A stretch of DNA of 38,326 bases from Bigelowiella natans CCMP2755 (lineage: Eukaryota > Protista > Cercozoa). This document shows positions 1 through 12,982 of the stretch, piece by piece (position 1 is the first letter of the stretch; each line of letters begins with the position of its first letter). Under the pieces are notes generated by a model. The model saw only the letters and a program-made list of their open reading frames with translations, ran no database searches and had not been told where the DNA came from. The stretch spans positions 1-38,326 of the forward strand of contig ADNK01001796.1 of NCBI GenBank assembly GCA_000320545.1, in the 5' to 3' direction. The position numbers were made by a program, and so were the translations under genes.

Positions 1-39
1 ACTCTCGCGCTCGATATCGAGACGATCTAACTCCTAAAT

Positions 40-98
<59 letters not shown>

Positions 99-125
99 TG
101 TGCTGTTGTTCTGTCCATTTTCCAG

Positions 126-280
126 CTATTGCAGTATTACTATCGTCTTCTCTTGGAATGCCAGTATCAACAAGCCATTGTCTGGTTGGATCTGTAATCG
201 GAGTCGGTGTGGCGCAAAATATCTCCTCAACACTCAAATTGCGAGTGAATGAGGCTGCTGATATTAATATCAGGTAGTAT

Positions 281-315
<35 letters not shown>

Positions 316-640
316 AACGATTAGCGGTTGTAGAAATGCACACATCATACTGCACTTATGATACTAGAGCAAAGAATATATAGAATTCCGCAAGATGAGG
401 GTGATTTACACACAGATCGTTATTCGTAATAAATGACTAATTTACCATCATCATCATATTACAAAATTATTAAGTGTTCTCATTGTTGCCGTCGTTGTCT
501 TGCGAATTATCATATACCACAGCATTATCAACAAGATCGTGATTGGCTGGTTGGTGACAATTCCTATAGCAATGTGTCTCTCTTTGGTTGCTTTTAATAT
601 CGTTCGTCCTTTTTCTGATTCATTTGCTGCCCAGCTTTGA
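126..640 (+). CDS. PiT/PHO4 (SLC20) family inorganic phosphate transporter, last two exons (gene starts upstream of window)
   Basis: Exons 126-273 and 523-640 are joined by a GT-AG intron in phase 2. They translate to [31 protein letters not shown]...[42 protein letters not shown]. This contains the PiT C-terminal signature GxPVSTxHxxVGSVxGVG and the final helix KIVxGWxxTxP. Stop TGA at 638-640. Confidence 0.92.
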
Positions 641-1235
641 GTGAGTGAAAGAATGAGTCAATGGATCAGGAATAAGCAGCAGACTAATAGATGGTGATAA
701 ATTATGACCGTCATATGTGAAAGAAGCAGCAGGAAAGAAGGGATAGGAATATCCTCTCATTATTAGGTGTGAGATTTTCTTCGTCTTCTCCTTCTTCCAG
801 CATAAATCTTATTCAGTATTGTAGTACAGCGATAAGTTAAATGCCAGCAACGAAGAAACTTACTTTTTCCACATGACACAACATCTTTATGCCTCATGAT
901 TCGGTATTAGCCCCAGTCCCATGTGTCTATCCCGCATCGTCCATCAACGATATAAGATATTGTAATAATTTGTAAATGAGATCTAGTGGATTGGCGGTTG
1001 TAAATACGATATAAGATATAAATAGTTTTAATTAAAAATATAATCAGAAAGTATCTAAAATGTCAGGAAAAGAATACTAAATTTTTATCACGCTATTACC
1101 ATCTTTCACATAACAACTATCATTTGTTGTTTTATGGTTTGTTGTGCTGTATAATTTTTCTATCAATTTGTAATATAAAAAGAATGAGGCCAAATAACTA
1201 AAGTTGGCAGAACAGAAGTTGGTAGTTAAAAATTA

Positions 1236-2340
1236 AATTTCTGCCACACTTGTCAATGAAGAGTGAAAAGTGATGCGGTCTTGATCGTTCACTAGATTGA
1301 TGAACAGACACATGTGAATGGAGAATGCACACACAAGCTCATTTCTACGATTTGTGTAGCTGCAGCAGCAGCTAGAGCAGCTAGGCAGGGCGAAATTGAT
1401 GCCAAGTCGTGTGCGGTTTCCTGTCATCTTGCTAGCTTGGCGCAGAACGTCACAATTGAGCACTCATTTGTCTCAAGGAACATGGAGTTTTGTTGGCATG
1501 TCAGCACGTCAGTGTGCACGATGTTGCACATTGGCATCATGCATGTGATGTTTGTTGTCTTTCAGTGTGGCTTGATGATGAGTTGCATCACATTTCGACA
1601 TCACGCAATGGTGCAACCGCCCAATTCACGTGCAAGCTAGCAAGTGTGGGGACAAAATGAGTCAGAAAGTTTCAGCACATTGGCACCCGCTAGCCCGCCG
1701 CTTCTAGCGCTTGCTAGCTTGGGCCAGCGCGACAAGGAAAGTGTTGGGTTGCAGAAGGGAATTTTTGCAGCACAAGTTGGTGAAGTGCTGCATCGTCGCA
1801 GGGAGAAGTGCTGGGTTTTCAATCTGAAAATGGCGTGTGATGTGATGTGATGCAACTAGGCCAGTTGCACCAAAGTGAAACGCGCGCGCAAAAGTCAAAA
1901 GACCCGCGTGCTGGCGTGCGAGCGGCAATGTCCCCTCAGGAGCTTGATTTGGCATGCATGCTTGCCAGCTTGAGCTCACAATGTGTTTTCATCATCAGGA
2001 TTGTGGTGTTCTGTTTTCAAGAGCTTTGCCAACATCAACGTGCATTTGCAAGCATTGCTAGATTGGCTAGCAGCGCGTCTGAGAGCGATTTGCATGTTCT
2101 GATGTGCAATGAAGCAAACTGTGTGTTTGGCAGCTGCCATCAGTCGATCATGCAAACAAATGATTGTCAGAACAATGAGAGGTTGCCTAGATGTGCAAAT
2201 CGATCATTCGTCGTGCGCACTCTGCAACTTTTCATCAGATTGAAGAACCAATTCCTTGAATGCCATCTTTGAAGCATCAAAGCCATCGTTTGGATCAGCA
2301 TGTGTGGGCGATGTCTGATGGAGTAGCACCATTTTGAGTG
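1236..2340. other. Intergenic TpA-depleted, TpG/CpA-rich tract 1
   Basis: Manual scan finds 15 TA dinucleotides in about 1.1 kb: 12 in CTAG, 1 in CTAC and 2 in GTAG. From 1360 to 2322 TA occurs only as CTAG. The flanks are TA-rich. Confidence 0.9.
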
Positions 2341-4197
2341 TTAACTTCTTCCATGGCATGAGAAACGCTTTGTTAGATGCAGAGCAGCAGCACATGGGAT
2401 GATGATGGCGATGTAGTGTACCACTGCCGAGGACACCGGAGACCCTGCCACGGGGGACAAGGGAGAGTCGAACTGAAAGCGGGAGCAAAAATTGATGTCA
2501 GGGCTATCGATGAGATGAGATGTTGACAGAATCCACATCTTAACTCATCATCATCATCATCATCATGTGCATGTTCCATCTCCTACCTTACGCCCAAAAA
2601 TGTTCGTCTGTATCCTTGGAAATCCTGTCAATATAGAAAGATATTTTGTTTATTACATCTCAGCTTTCTTCATCTCAATCGTATGATGAAAGGGAAATAT
2701 GTTGTTGAATACCGGAACAGTCTTTTGAAGATAACGTGGATTCATGAATGCTTAAAAATTGCGTCTCCGCTACTTTTACTTCATGATCTTTCAGCTTGTT
2801 GTAGGATGTATAACATTTGTCACTTAGTCTCTGTAAACCTGCACCAACATACAAATTTTCCAACAACTTTTTCTCGCTTACATTTATAAAAATAATGATT
2901 ATACAAACGGTGAGGGAACATTGTACCAGTCAGTTTGCACGAGGGCATTGATGACGACGACGATGATGATGACGATGGCACTGAAGAAGGTATCAACCGA
3001 TCCCTGTCGATTGTTGTACTGGGGATGAACAACATCACTGATGTTGACTAAAAAAATGGGCACGCACATTTAATCGATTTGGGACAAATTTGATACCTTG
3101 AAAATATTGCCATTCCATCCTTGGGAAGTTTCACTATATTTTTAAATTGTGAACTGCTGTGGCTGGTAGAGACGATTTTGCTCTTCATCTCCTGCTGCCC
3201 GTCAGTACCAGAGATTCCAAACACGGGTAGCCTAAGGGATGATCATGTTCCATCGTGAGTTTGCTGCAACAACAAAGTAACAGCTTGATGATGATCCCTG
3301 GATTTTGAAATTGACAAACTTAACAAGATCAATATTTGTTGCTGCTGTAGCGGCAGAGGCAGCATTTAGCGTAAATAAAAATAACCGTTGTTCTAGTTGA
3401 TTTCTCTGTCGGGACTCGGTTGTTTTGAGTGTCGACCGATGCGTAGAACTTTCACTCGAAGAATTTAAAGCAGCAGCAGCAGCAGCATTTCCATTGCTCC
3501 TGCCCCTGAAGCTTTTTGTACCCTCTACTGACCTCGACCTTGGTGGTAATTGTAATTAGTAATTGTAGTACTGTTAGTCGTAATAGAAGTTTTAGTAGTA
3601 GTAGTAGTTGTAGTACTAGTAGTAGTAGCAGTAGTAGTAGTAGTAATAGTAGCAGTAGCAGTAGCATCAGCAAACAAACATTAATCATCTCAACGTATCT
3701 CTATGCTCATAGGACATGGCTTATCGTCGTCCTACTCCTCCTCCTCCTCGATGTCCTCACCTACCTATTCACTACCTTATCAGTTTGTCAACCTTAGGAG
3801 TACTCGGTCTGAGCTTGGATGGTACACTACCAAATCTACTTTTAACTGTCCCGAAAGAGCGCGGAACACTTCGTCTTCTTCTCCTTGAAGTACCGTCAAT
3901 ATTGGCATCGAGATTATGTTCGACGAAAGATCTAGAGAAATTTCCAGGCTGCTAATATAATATTAGAACCATCAATTATTTATTTTACCACCTACTACTA
4001 TATAAAACATTGGTTTGAGTTGATCTTTCCTACTATCCTTACGCTAGTTTTCAACTCAAAGTATTTCTTCTACTAAATATGCAAGGTTTGCGATGTGATA
4101 TTATATTATCTATTTATCATATATTGTGGTTACCGAGTTCAAAGAATGTGATCGTTGGCAATTTCCTGCATTTTATATAAGAGCCATTGAATAAATT

Positions 4198-4231
<34 letters not shown>

Positions 4232-6605
4232 TACAAACAAACATGCTTAAATATATTACATATTATATTGCACTAATACACGTTTATTATTTACATGAAA
4301 CATGCATACATAGCAGTACAAAGAGGGTATTTTCTAGAAATTAAGTCTGATACCTTTCTTCTTACTCCTTTTGAATGCAGTAGCTACTCTCAATCGCGGT
4401 TTTCGCGAATATTTTTTTATCATCTCCTCTTCAATCTAATATGACAAATATCTTTATCGTCAAGCAGATATTCATCAATGACAGTACACATAAAGATCTG
4501 GTAAATATAATACTGTGAAATAAAACTATAAAACCACTTGATCAGAAGTGACTTTGAAATATAGACATTCATTAACGAAGAAAACCTTCTGAAGTGGAGC
4601 AGTAAGATCTTTCTTGCCAAATGGAGACACCTGTGTATATTCATCATATTTTGGACAACGACCAGCATCATCATTAGAGAAAAAATGCAACTTTAATACC
4701 TCGACTAAGCTTTTCCAAGTTCTCTGCTGTTTCTTAAAAGGGCAACTCTTTGTCACCTGACAACCGATGGTGGTGATTTACTCTACAGTAAGGGGTTTGT
4801 CAATATGGCACTTAACATATTTAATAATACGATTACGATAGCAATGACAAAAGACAACACCGTAATCCGCGCCAATAGCCGGAACAAAAATAATGCATAT
4901 TCCATCTCGTCAACTGAATCTGGATAAAGGCACTTAAATTATTTTTTTCACTCTCCAACAAGCAATGAGGAATTGAAATCAATGTGGTGATACCTGTCCA
5001 TTGATCTGCTAATTCGAAAAAAGAGCGGCGAAATTGAGGCAATGACATATTACTACCATGACGAGATCCTGAAGATAACGATTAAAAATTAGATAGTCAG
5101 TGCAAGATGCTAGTAGCTAGCGAAATGTCTCGCAAAATTCGGAAGCATCTAGCGTTTACTTGCCTGATGTGGACATCGAAAGCGAGGATGAAAGCTTCGA
5201 ATAAGACTGAGATCTCGCAAAAGAGCTCGGTTTCACATTGTGAGAACACGAATGAGACGATAAATCGAATTTATTCCTAGCGTCTAGGACAGCCTTAGCA
5301 TTCCCGTTGCGAATGAATAGCATGTTTTTCGGTATTTCAATAATGTGCCTAGCGCTGATATCTCTCCTGTAAGACAAAGTGAAGCCCTAAGCAAATTTGT
5401 CGGTGGAAACGTGTTCTTTTTACTTCCAGTCAGCCATTGCGTTGACAAAAGAATGATCTCGTCGAAACTTGGCGTCAAGGGCCTGCGGAACATAATCAAT
5501 CTTTAACACTAAGCCACGTTATTAATTATTTGAGTAACGATGGACAAATGAGTCACCATAAAATTTATAACGAATCCTCTAAGTCATTGAGAATGTATTC
5601 GTTGAAACCTTCAAACCTTGGACATAAGAGCATGAATGCGAATATATTCCCGTTTAGAGATTGTCTGATCTGGTCCCTTATTGAAAGCATCCCAGAAGAG
5701 TCTTATCTATTATTAGATTCAGACAACAGTTTATCGCATGAAGTGTCGTTTGGATTCATAACACTCAATTTAAACACCTGGCCATATATTAAAGGGCTCT
5801 CGTACAGATTTATCCGAGTTCTCATAAAATCTTCATTGTAAAACCTACACACATAGAAAGTACTTCTCAACAAAAGGGAAAGATATGGATACATCAAAGT
5901 ACCGTATATCTCCTTGCAGCTTATAATCCTTCTTCCTGGATGTTGTCCTTTTACCTCGGCGTTCATGACAGAACTGTAAGTAATTTTTCCCATGCAACTC
6001 TTTTCCTGAGAGAACCTGGATTGTGACGAACAAAAAGTAGAGCATTGAAACGATAACAAAGATTCACTTTTCGTCAAAATTCCTATGGACCTGATGCACA
6101 CTTCTGACAAATTTTCTCTCTTTTGCCTTTAGAGCATCTTCTACTTGGTGTCGGAAGAATGAAACCGCTGGAATATTCTTCTCTTGCAGTGGTGACTGTA
6201 AATAGCATAATATACCAGCATCGGTCGGTTTTGAAAATGAAATTAAATTTAATGAAGATGTATCTGTACCTTCCCAGAAATTTTCGAGCGAAAGCTCTTG
6301 CGACTTTTCACACTTTTAGGAGATTTTTTCTGGTCAGGGTTTGACACGTGCCATTTACTAATTTGGGGGCTTCCTCCAGAGAACGGCTTTGAAATTGGAC
6401 TGTTAAGTGCTAGTTCCAACTTATTCATCGCTTTGTCATCCTTCGTCATTGTGGCCAGAGAAGAAGGTGAGCGAGTAGGGCTCCTGGATCCATTCACTTG
6501 AAGCAAGCTATCAGGTTTCGAAAAACTATGCCGTCCATTACGCTTCTTTCTCAAGGGTTGTCTGTTAAGCTGACTTCTCTCCGTACTGTATACAGTCGAT
6601 GACAT
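2341..6605 (-). CDS. Multi-exon uncharacterised protein with an EF-hand-like helical domain and low-complexity termini (boundaries approximate)
   Basis: Splice-bounded exon peptides: MSSTVYSTERS...KISGK, SPLQEKNIPAVSFFRHQVEDALKAKERK, FYNEDFMRTRINLYESPLIYGQ, LFWDAFNKGPDQTISKREYIRIHALMSK, ALDAKFRRDHSFVNAMADW, MSLPQFRRSFFELADQWT, DSVDEMEYALFLFRLLARIT, IEEEMIKKYSRKPRLRVATAFKRSKKK. The FFELADxW...YxxFLxxL pattern resembles a protist EF-hand-like domain. The 3' exons (2341-3950), the true start and the true stop are tentative. Confidence 0.6.
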
Positions 6606-7089
6606 TGGGTTTCGGATTGGGGGATGGAGCTTGTTACTAGTTCTTTCCTTCTTTCTGCTACCACCTGCAGTGGCTACTGTGTTTTGCCAGGAGATTCATG
6701 GTGCCGAAAGACGGTAGTCATTCATCCTTCTTACTCTTAAATCTTAGCTATGTTGTTTCGTGTCGGCCTATTTTTATCATTATTCCTTTCTTTTGTGAAG
6801 ACGCAATCAGCAGATCGAGGTAATTATTCAACCTTTCTCAAATTCACCATTGATCTGCTGCACGTCTTTTTAAGCTTATTTGACCCACGAATTTTGGGTC
6901 TACTTACTAGCAGCGTCCCCATTTTGGTTCGATTTTGCGAAATAAAAAAAGTCCGAGTCTTAAAGTATAATTGAACATGTGGTGGTACTGTAAGAAAAGA
7001 ATTTTTCGGTCCTCCGTACAGGTACCGGACATGTCTGTCGTCGTAGTAACGTCATCAAACAACATTTCAAGAGAAGAGAAATCAATATC

Positions 7090-7858
7090 ATGGTGATTGG
7101 GGCATGGGGTATTTTGGCAGCCCTTCTGACCTTTGCACCGCCGTTGAGGGGTGAAAAAGGTGTGCAGGAGTTCTTCATCTCGGCCAAGAATGGTGATGAC
7201 TCTCATCCTGGATCGCGAGACATGCCGTTTCTATCGATATCTCGTTGCGTCGAGGAGGGTAAAACAGAGGCCCCGATTATTTGCACTATCTGCGAAGGGA
7301 TTTATCGAGAGACTGTATCGATAAAGCAGCCCCAGGCCCAGAACATCCTTATTCGGTCTGACACTCAAGCAAAATCTGCTGTTGAGCTCAGCGGGCTTCG
7401 AGTTTTGGATGTGAATTGGCAGCAGCTTGAAGATAGCCGTCTCACGGACGGACACTGCGTGTTCTCGGGGGAAGTTCCCTCCGAAGGGTATCCCGATAAT
7501 TTCCAACAGATATTTTTCAACGGGTCGATGATGGTGGAAGCTCGGTGGCCGAATCTAGATGTTGAACATGTTGCACAATCTGCCTTGTCCAGGTAACTAC
7601 ACCACATATGCAACGTCATCTTCTCTCTAAGGAAAGAAAAATCGGATGATGTGTGATGATTCTCGTATGATTAGGGACACGTGGGCTCCTACAGAAATGG
7701 GATCTATCTACGGCACGATAAAAAATGCTGACCTGAGGCAGCACCCATTCTCCTGGAACGGGGCTCTTGCAACACTTCAAGTAGCCCATCAGTTCTACAC
7801 ATGGACCAGACCAGTGGCCAATCACACAAAAGGTACCTGCATAAATAAGATTGATAAC

Positions 7859-7912
<54 letters not shown>

Positions 7913-9372
7913 TTACAGACTAACTTTTCTGGACTGTGAAATCAGGCTCGGATAGCTTCGAATACACTCGTGATCTTCCTGGATTGGCTGGCTGGGACGC
8001 TAACCCAAAAAAAGAAAAGAGCAAAGGTTGGGAGCATAACCAATTTTTCTTGAGCGGTAAGCTTGAAGCTTTGGATGCTCCTGGAGAGTGGTACCTCGAA
8101 ACCACGCCAAGCAACACAAAGATTTTGCACTTTTGGTCGCCTACATGCGCTAAACCACCGCAGGGCAGTGTGGAGGTGAAGGTTAGAGACTACGTATTGG
8201 ATGTTGGAGCTGATAGTTCTGGAATAGATATCCGTGGGCCTTTAACGATCCGTGGGGGGTCCGTGAGGATGGCAGGTTGCGACAGTTGTGCTGTGAGCAA
8301 CATCGACATTCTATATCCGACTTATAACCGGGAGATTCCAGAGATGTTTTCACAAAATAGGGGAGGAAAGCCACAATTTGTAAACAAGACGGGATTAATT
8401 GGCACACATCTAAGAGTTTCGAACGTGACCTTTTCTTACAGCAACAACAACGGCATTGAGTTAGTGGGGGACCACAACATCATTGAAAACTGTCTGGTTC
8501 GGTACACCGACTGGCTGGGAACCCTCACCTACGTTCCACTCTCTGTTAAGGGAAATAACGTCACGCTCACTCGTTGCACTGTACACGATTTTGGTAATGC
8601 TGGAATCACCGCTCAAATTCCCAATACCCCCCCTTCAGCACCTGGAGAGCCAGACCCTGTACCTAAGCCGATGAATGGACGGAGGCTCGAAGTCTCGTAC
8701 ACACACATCTATCGAGGAGGATTAGTAGGCAAAGACACAGCAGCTTTATACACTGGTGGTTGGAAGAGCGCGGGATTGCACTGGCATCACAATTGGGTGC
8801 ACGATGCCACAGAGAAGTGCGTACGCGCTGATGATCAGAGCCGGAACATGACGGTGCATCACAATGTCATATACAACTGTGGTGTGTCTCCGCTCGACGA
8901 CAGTCAATCGAACATTGCCGGCTTTGGACTCCTCCTGAAAGGCAATGGGCACTATATATTTGCCAACACCATCATGAATGCCAACTATTCTGAAATCTGT
9001 CTTCCATCCTGCATCGAGCCTTACAAGCCTTGGGCGAAACAATATCCCCTTCGCATTCAAAACACTAAACAGGGAACCCAAGTCTTCAACACGGTAGCGC
9101 GCTTCGATCTTGGGTTTCCTTGTTCGTGTCATAACTCGTCGTTTCTTCACCTGCCCGGCGGCAACCAGACTGCTATCTTCAATGGAACAAATTTGAAGCT
9201 CCAAGACCCTACTCACATGGACTTTCGTCCAGCTCAAGATTCACCTCTCGTCGATGCAGGGATAGAAGTTCCACCGTACACAAATGGTTTTGTCGGAAAA
9301 GCCCCCGACATTGGAGCTTACGAATACGGAGGGGACCGATGGATTGCCGGATGCAGCTTGCATGGCTGCTAG
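7090..9372 (+). CDS. Secreted right-handed parallel beta-helix (pectin-lyase fold, GH141-like) protein, about 695 aa, 3 exons
   Basis: Exons 7090-7592, 7675-7832 and 7946-9372 join in frame at GT-AG sites (2088 nt). Hydrophobic N-terminus MVIGAWGILAALLTFAPPLRG. Motifs FISAKNGDDSHPGSRDMPF, EGIYRETV, QIFFNGSMMVEARWPN, LEALDAPGEWY, HHNWVHD, VHHNVIYN and DFRPAQDSPLVDAG...APDIGAYEYGG are typical of bacterial beta-helix polysaccharide-active proteins. Confidence 0.88.
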
Positions 9373-9659
9373 CTGTTTTCCATATGCTCCTCCACCAGGT
9401 TATATTATCTAAATATGACGGATGTAAAGAAGTGATTAAATCTTTTCAATAGTCATCCTAATGTAGCTATGCAAAGCAGCAGCTACAGCGCTTATGTTGT
9501 ATCTGTGTTTCTGCTATTGTGTGCTAAAACATCCGTAGATAGTACTAGATGAGCAAGACCGCGATATATTTTGTACTGTGTATATCAAATACGCTTCGTC
9601 TCGTAATTTCGAACGAAATATATATGTGGCTAGCCGTTAGTTATTAGAGAAGGTACTTA

Positions 9660-10440
9660 ACATGTCACACATCTCAATAATAGCATTGTCTCACATCACT
9701 GCGCTGTTTAGGTGTTGCCTATCGATCGCGACAATCACAAACTGTTTTTGTGTTGGCAGTCATCCAATTGTGAGCTCATCGACCATGTTGCTCGACTAGC
9801 AATGCGCCATGGCATTGTAGCCTACTTATAGGGCTCTAAGTGGCACTGTGCGCATCAAGATCTAGAGATTGAACATATAATAGACACAGCAATACACTAT
9901 ATATATTGATGTATGTGTGATTGCCTCGCTTATGTGCGCATCTGTCGCTAGATCGTACATGCAAGCTCTTTGTTGTTATGCATGATTGCTGATCTAGCTC
10001 ACGGCTGCATGCTGTTGCATGTGTCGTACGGCTTGTATGCATCATCGTTTCCATATCATTTCCCTTGTGCTGCATGCACCACAATCTTGCAGTGACCGTC
10101 GATCATTGTCAACACAGCGCACGCGCTAGCGCGGGGCGCAAGGCCTTGTTGCCTCGTCACATCACTCAAAAATTCTGCAATGGCGTTATTACGCCTAGAC
10201 ATGCATGAGCTAATGAGTGTGCAATGACCTGTAGCGCTGCTCAGGGAGTTGCATCATTGACATATTTGGCTTCGACGTGTTTACTAAAATCTAGTAAAAC
10301 GGATCTCAGTTGCGGCAAATGAGCCTGGTTGATCATACAAAATGTACAAAAATAACTACGTACGTTCAGTGTAGCGTACGCACGTGGCAGGCCACAGTGT
10401 AGCAGTGGAGCATGAGCTGTGCAATGGTAGCTTGAATTAA
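9660..10440. other. Intergenic tract 2 with partial TpA depletion and TG/CA enrichment
   Basis: Abundant tgcatg, catgtg and tgtg words. At least seven CTAG sites (9796, 9862, 9948, 9994, 10126, 10195, 10291). Stretches such as 10060-10185 carry TA only as CTAG, but many other TAs persist elsewhere in the tract. Confidence 0.55.
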
Positions 10441-10637
10441 TTGGCATTACTATTACGAATGCTATAATAATGATGATGATGTTTTTAAAATCATGCTAAG
10501 AGGCATGCGACGCAATTACTACACTGTAAGCATGCCTTGTTTCTATTCTCACATCCAATCATATTTCCCCAAAAAAAGCCAAAAGAGAAAGGTACACACA
10601 TTCGCACGCACGCGCGCGCGCGCACACACACACACAC

Positions 10638-10687
<50 letters not shown>

Positions 10688-10904
10688 TATATATATATAC
10701 TATGAACAGAACCTTTTGTTGCATATGTTATATACTTCTGGTATTATGTCTCTAATTATTCAGGAACTTGATGAGCTCTGTTTTCATCTTAGTGACTCTA
10801 CTATTGTTGAACATGTACAGTGCTCATTCATCCATTCGCATCTTGCCACACTAGATGTACCATTCAGTAAAATATCAATTAAAGATTTGGAATGAGGTAA
10901 ACAC

Positions 10905-11064
10905 CTACTGAGTAAGACCCCAAGCCTCCACCACTACGCATTTAAAATGTTGCTTTTTCGTTCTTCGTTTGTCGCGTGTAAATGATGATGACGACAATGG
11001 CGGACTACCGAATAACGAACATGCCTAGAAAAGGAGGTTTAAAAGAAATCAAAAGGGCAAAGAA

Positions 11065-11096
<32 letters not shown>

Positions 11097-11280
11097 TTTC
11101 ACACACACACACATATTGAGCCTCCTACTACTCGTTATTCGGCATGTAAAGACAATGTAGCGCATGAATTTGTTACCTCTGTGAAGCCATGGTGCAATTT
11201 GTCATCAAGGAAGAATGCAGTTTCGTTTGGCCCTCCGAAAGCCTATGAAACAACACATCAAAAACACTGTTCTCACCATT

Positions 11281-11314
<34 letters not shown>

Positions 11315-12133
11315 TCCTTATCCAGGTTAGAAGACAACAAAAGGTATGATGACGAACGAAATCAGTTAGTAAGAGAAAGAGAGGATGCTCATAATATGCA
11401 TCAGTGCTTATCTCTATCAGAGGATGAGGAGGAAACATGCTGTTTTGAGGCTTTGGTTACAATAATTTAATCTCGCAACTAGCATAAGTGCAAAAATAAC
11501 ATAGAACATCATACTGGAACCCCCTCCAGTTTTCACTGCTACACACATTTCATTCATAATAACATTAGAAGGAGAAGAAGAAGAAGAAGAAGAAGAAGAA
11601 GAAGAAAGCTATGACCAATCTTGATTCGGAGAACTCAATCCACATGCTCTTAACGGATTTTATCATCCCATCATGATCTGGTGAGTGTTCGTCTGCCCCG
11701 TACTGATGCTGACCATCATCATCATGATCGTCCTCGTTACGATTCTTCTTGCCCATTTTTACCTCATTGAGCGTGTTACCGTTGTCTTCTCCTTCCTTAG
11801 CACTAATATATATAGCAGTCGTATATAGACCGTGTGTGTGTGTATGTGTGTATGTGCATGTGCATGTAGCAGCAGTAAGAGTTACACATAGATAAAGAAA
11901 TAAGAAGGGTGATGCGTCAGTGATTAAATCATCATTTGTTCTTCTTGTTGATGATCATCAACTATTAATGATATCGATAGAATACTACTTCCATACCTTT
12001 TCTTCGTGCAAGACGAAGAAGGAACATTTTGTTGTTGCTGGTGACGATAACGAGGACTGCGGCTGGTGGCAGGAGGCTGAGATACTGATCTAGAATGCAT
12101 TCCTACAACAACAACAACAACAATAGCAACCGC

Positions 12134-12178
<45 letters not shown>

Positions 12179-12948
12179 CTGGAATAATTAGGAAAAACAA
12201 AACAAGAACGATGGCAACAAGCTAGATGACGTTGTTGGTGGATAACGTCATCATCATACACACACATACGTCATCAAGTAAATATCCATTCTCACATTTA
12301 AGGAAATCATAATCGTCGTTTGGAAAATTGACACTACAGAAATATTAATATCGTGATTAAGTATCTTAAATAGAGAACAAACCAACCAGACACAAGCACA
12401 CATAGTACTGGTACTAGTACTACTGGTACTATACTATTACTGTTGGTCATGAGAGGTAAGGAGTCCCTACTACTACGTCTTCGTCTTCTTGTTCCCAAAT
12501 GGTGAACATCATTGTCATCATTAGCTTGCTGCTGTTGCTTCTCCCACTCACATGAAAGCTGCTCATATTAACACAGGAGTTGCAGTAGTAGTAGTAGTAT
12601 CAAATAGACCAACAGGACATTATAATGATAATGATCATGATGATGGTGATGATAATGATGGAGGTGGTGGTCATGAGAACGAATAAAACGACGATCATTC
12701 TTCAACTCGTGAACCCTAACCCCCCCCTCCCTCTCTCTGGCCATCTGTATATTTCAAAAGTGCAACAAGTACCTGACGCTGAGGAGTAATTTTGCTTCCT
12801 GCACTTCCATTTGGAATGATTCTATAGATCTTCGTTCTGTAGTTGTTTTATGATAACCACTATTATCCCCACACATCGTCGTAATCATCATCCATATAAT
12901 TGTGTCTAACGCTATGGTTGCAATCATCACCGTCGTCATCACCACCAC

Positions 12949-12982
<34 letters not shown>

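Noticed and set aside
10-21. 12-bp palindrome ctcgatatcgag
   Set aside because: Single, short and intronic at the window edge, with no supporting structure.
1233-2272. Cluster of overlapping 68-141 aa ORFs on both strands, rich in Cys, His, Met and Ala
   Set aside because: A by-product of TA loss: TAA stops and Tyr codons are removed while TG/CA codons are gained. No recognisable motifs or splice structure.
1236-2340. Explaining the TG/CA excess by CpG methylation decay or classical RIP
   Set aside because: CpG is well retained (e.g. cgcgcgcgc at 1881). RIP would increase TA, not remove it.
12711-12727. aaccctaaccc telomere-like word
   Set aside because: Fewer than two units, intronic, and consistent with chance.
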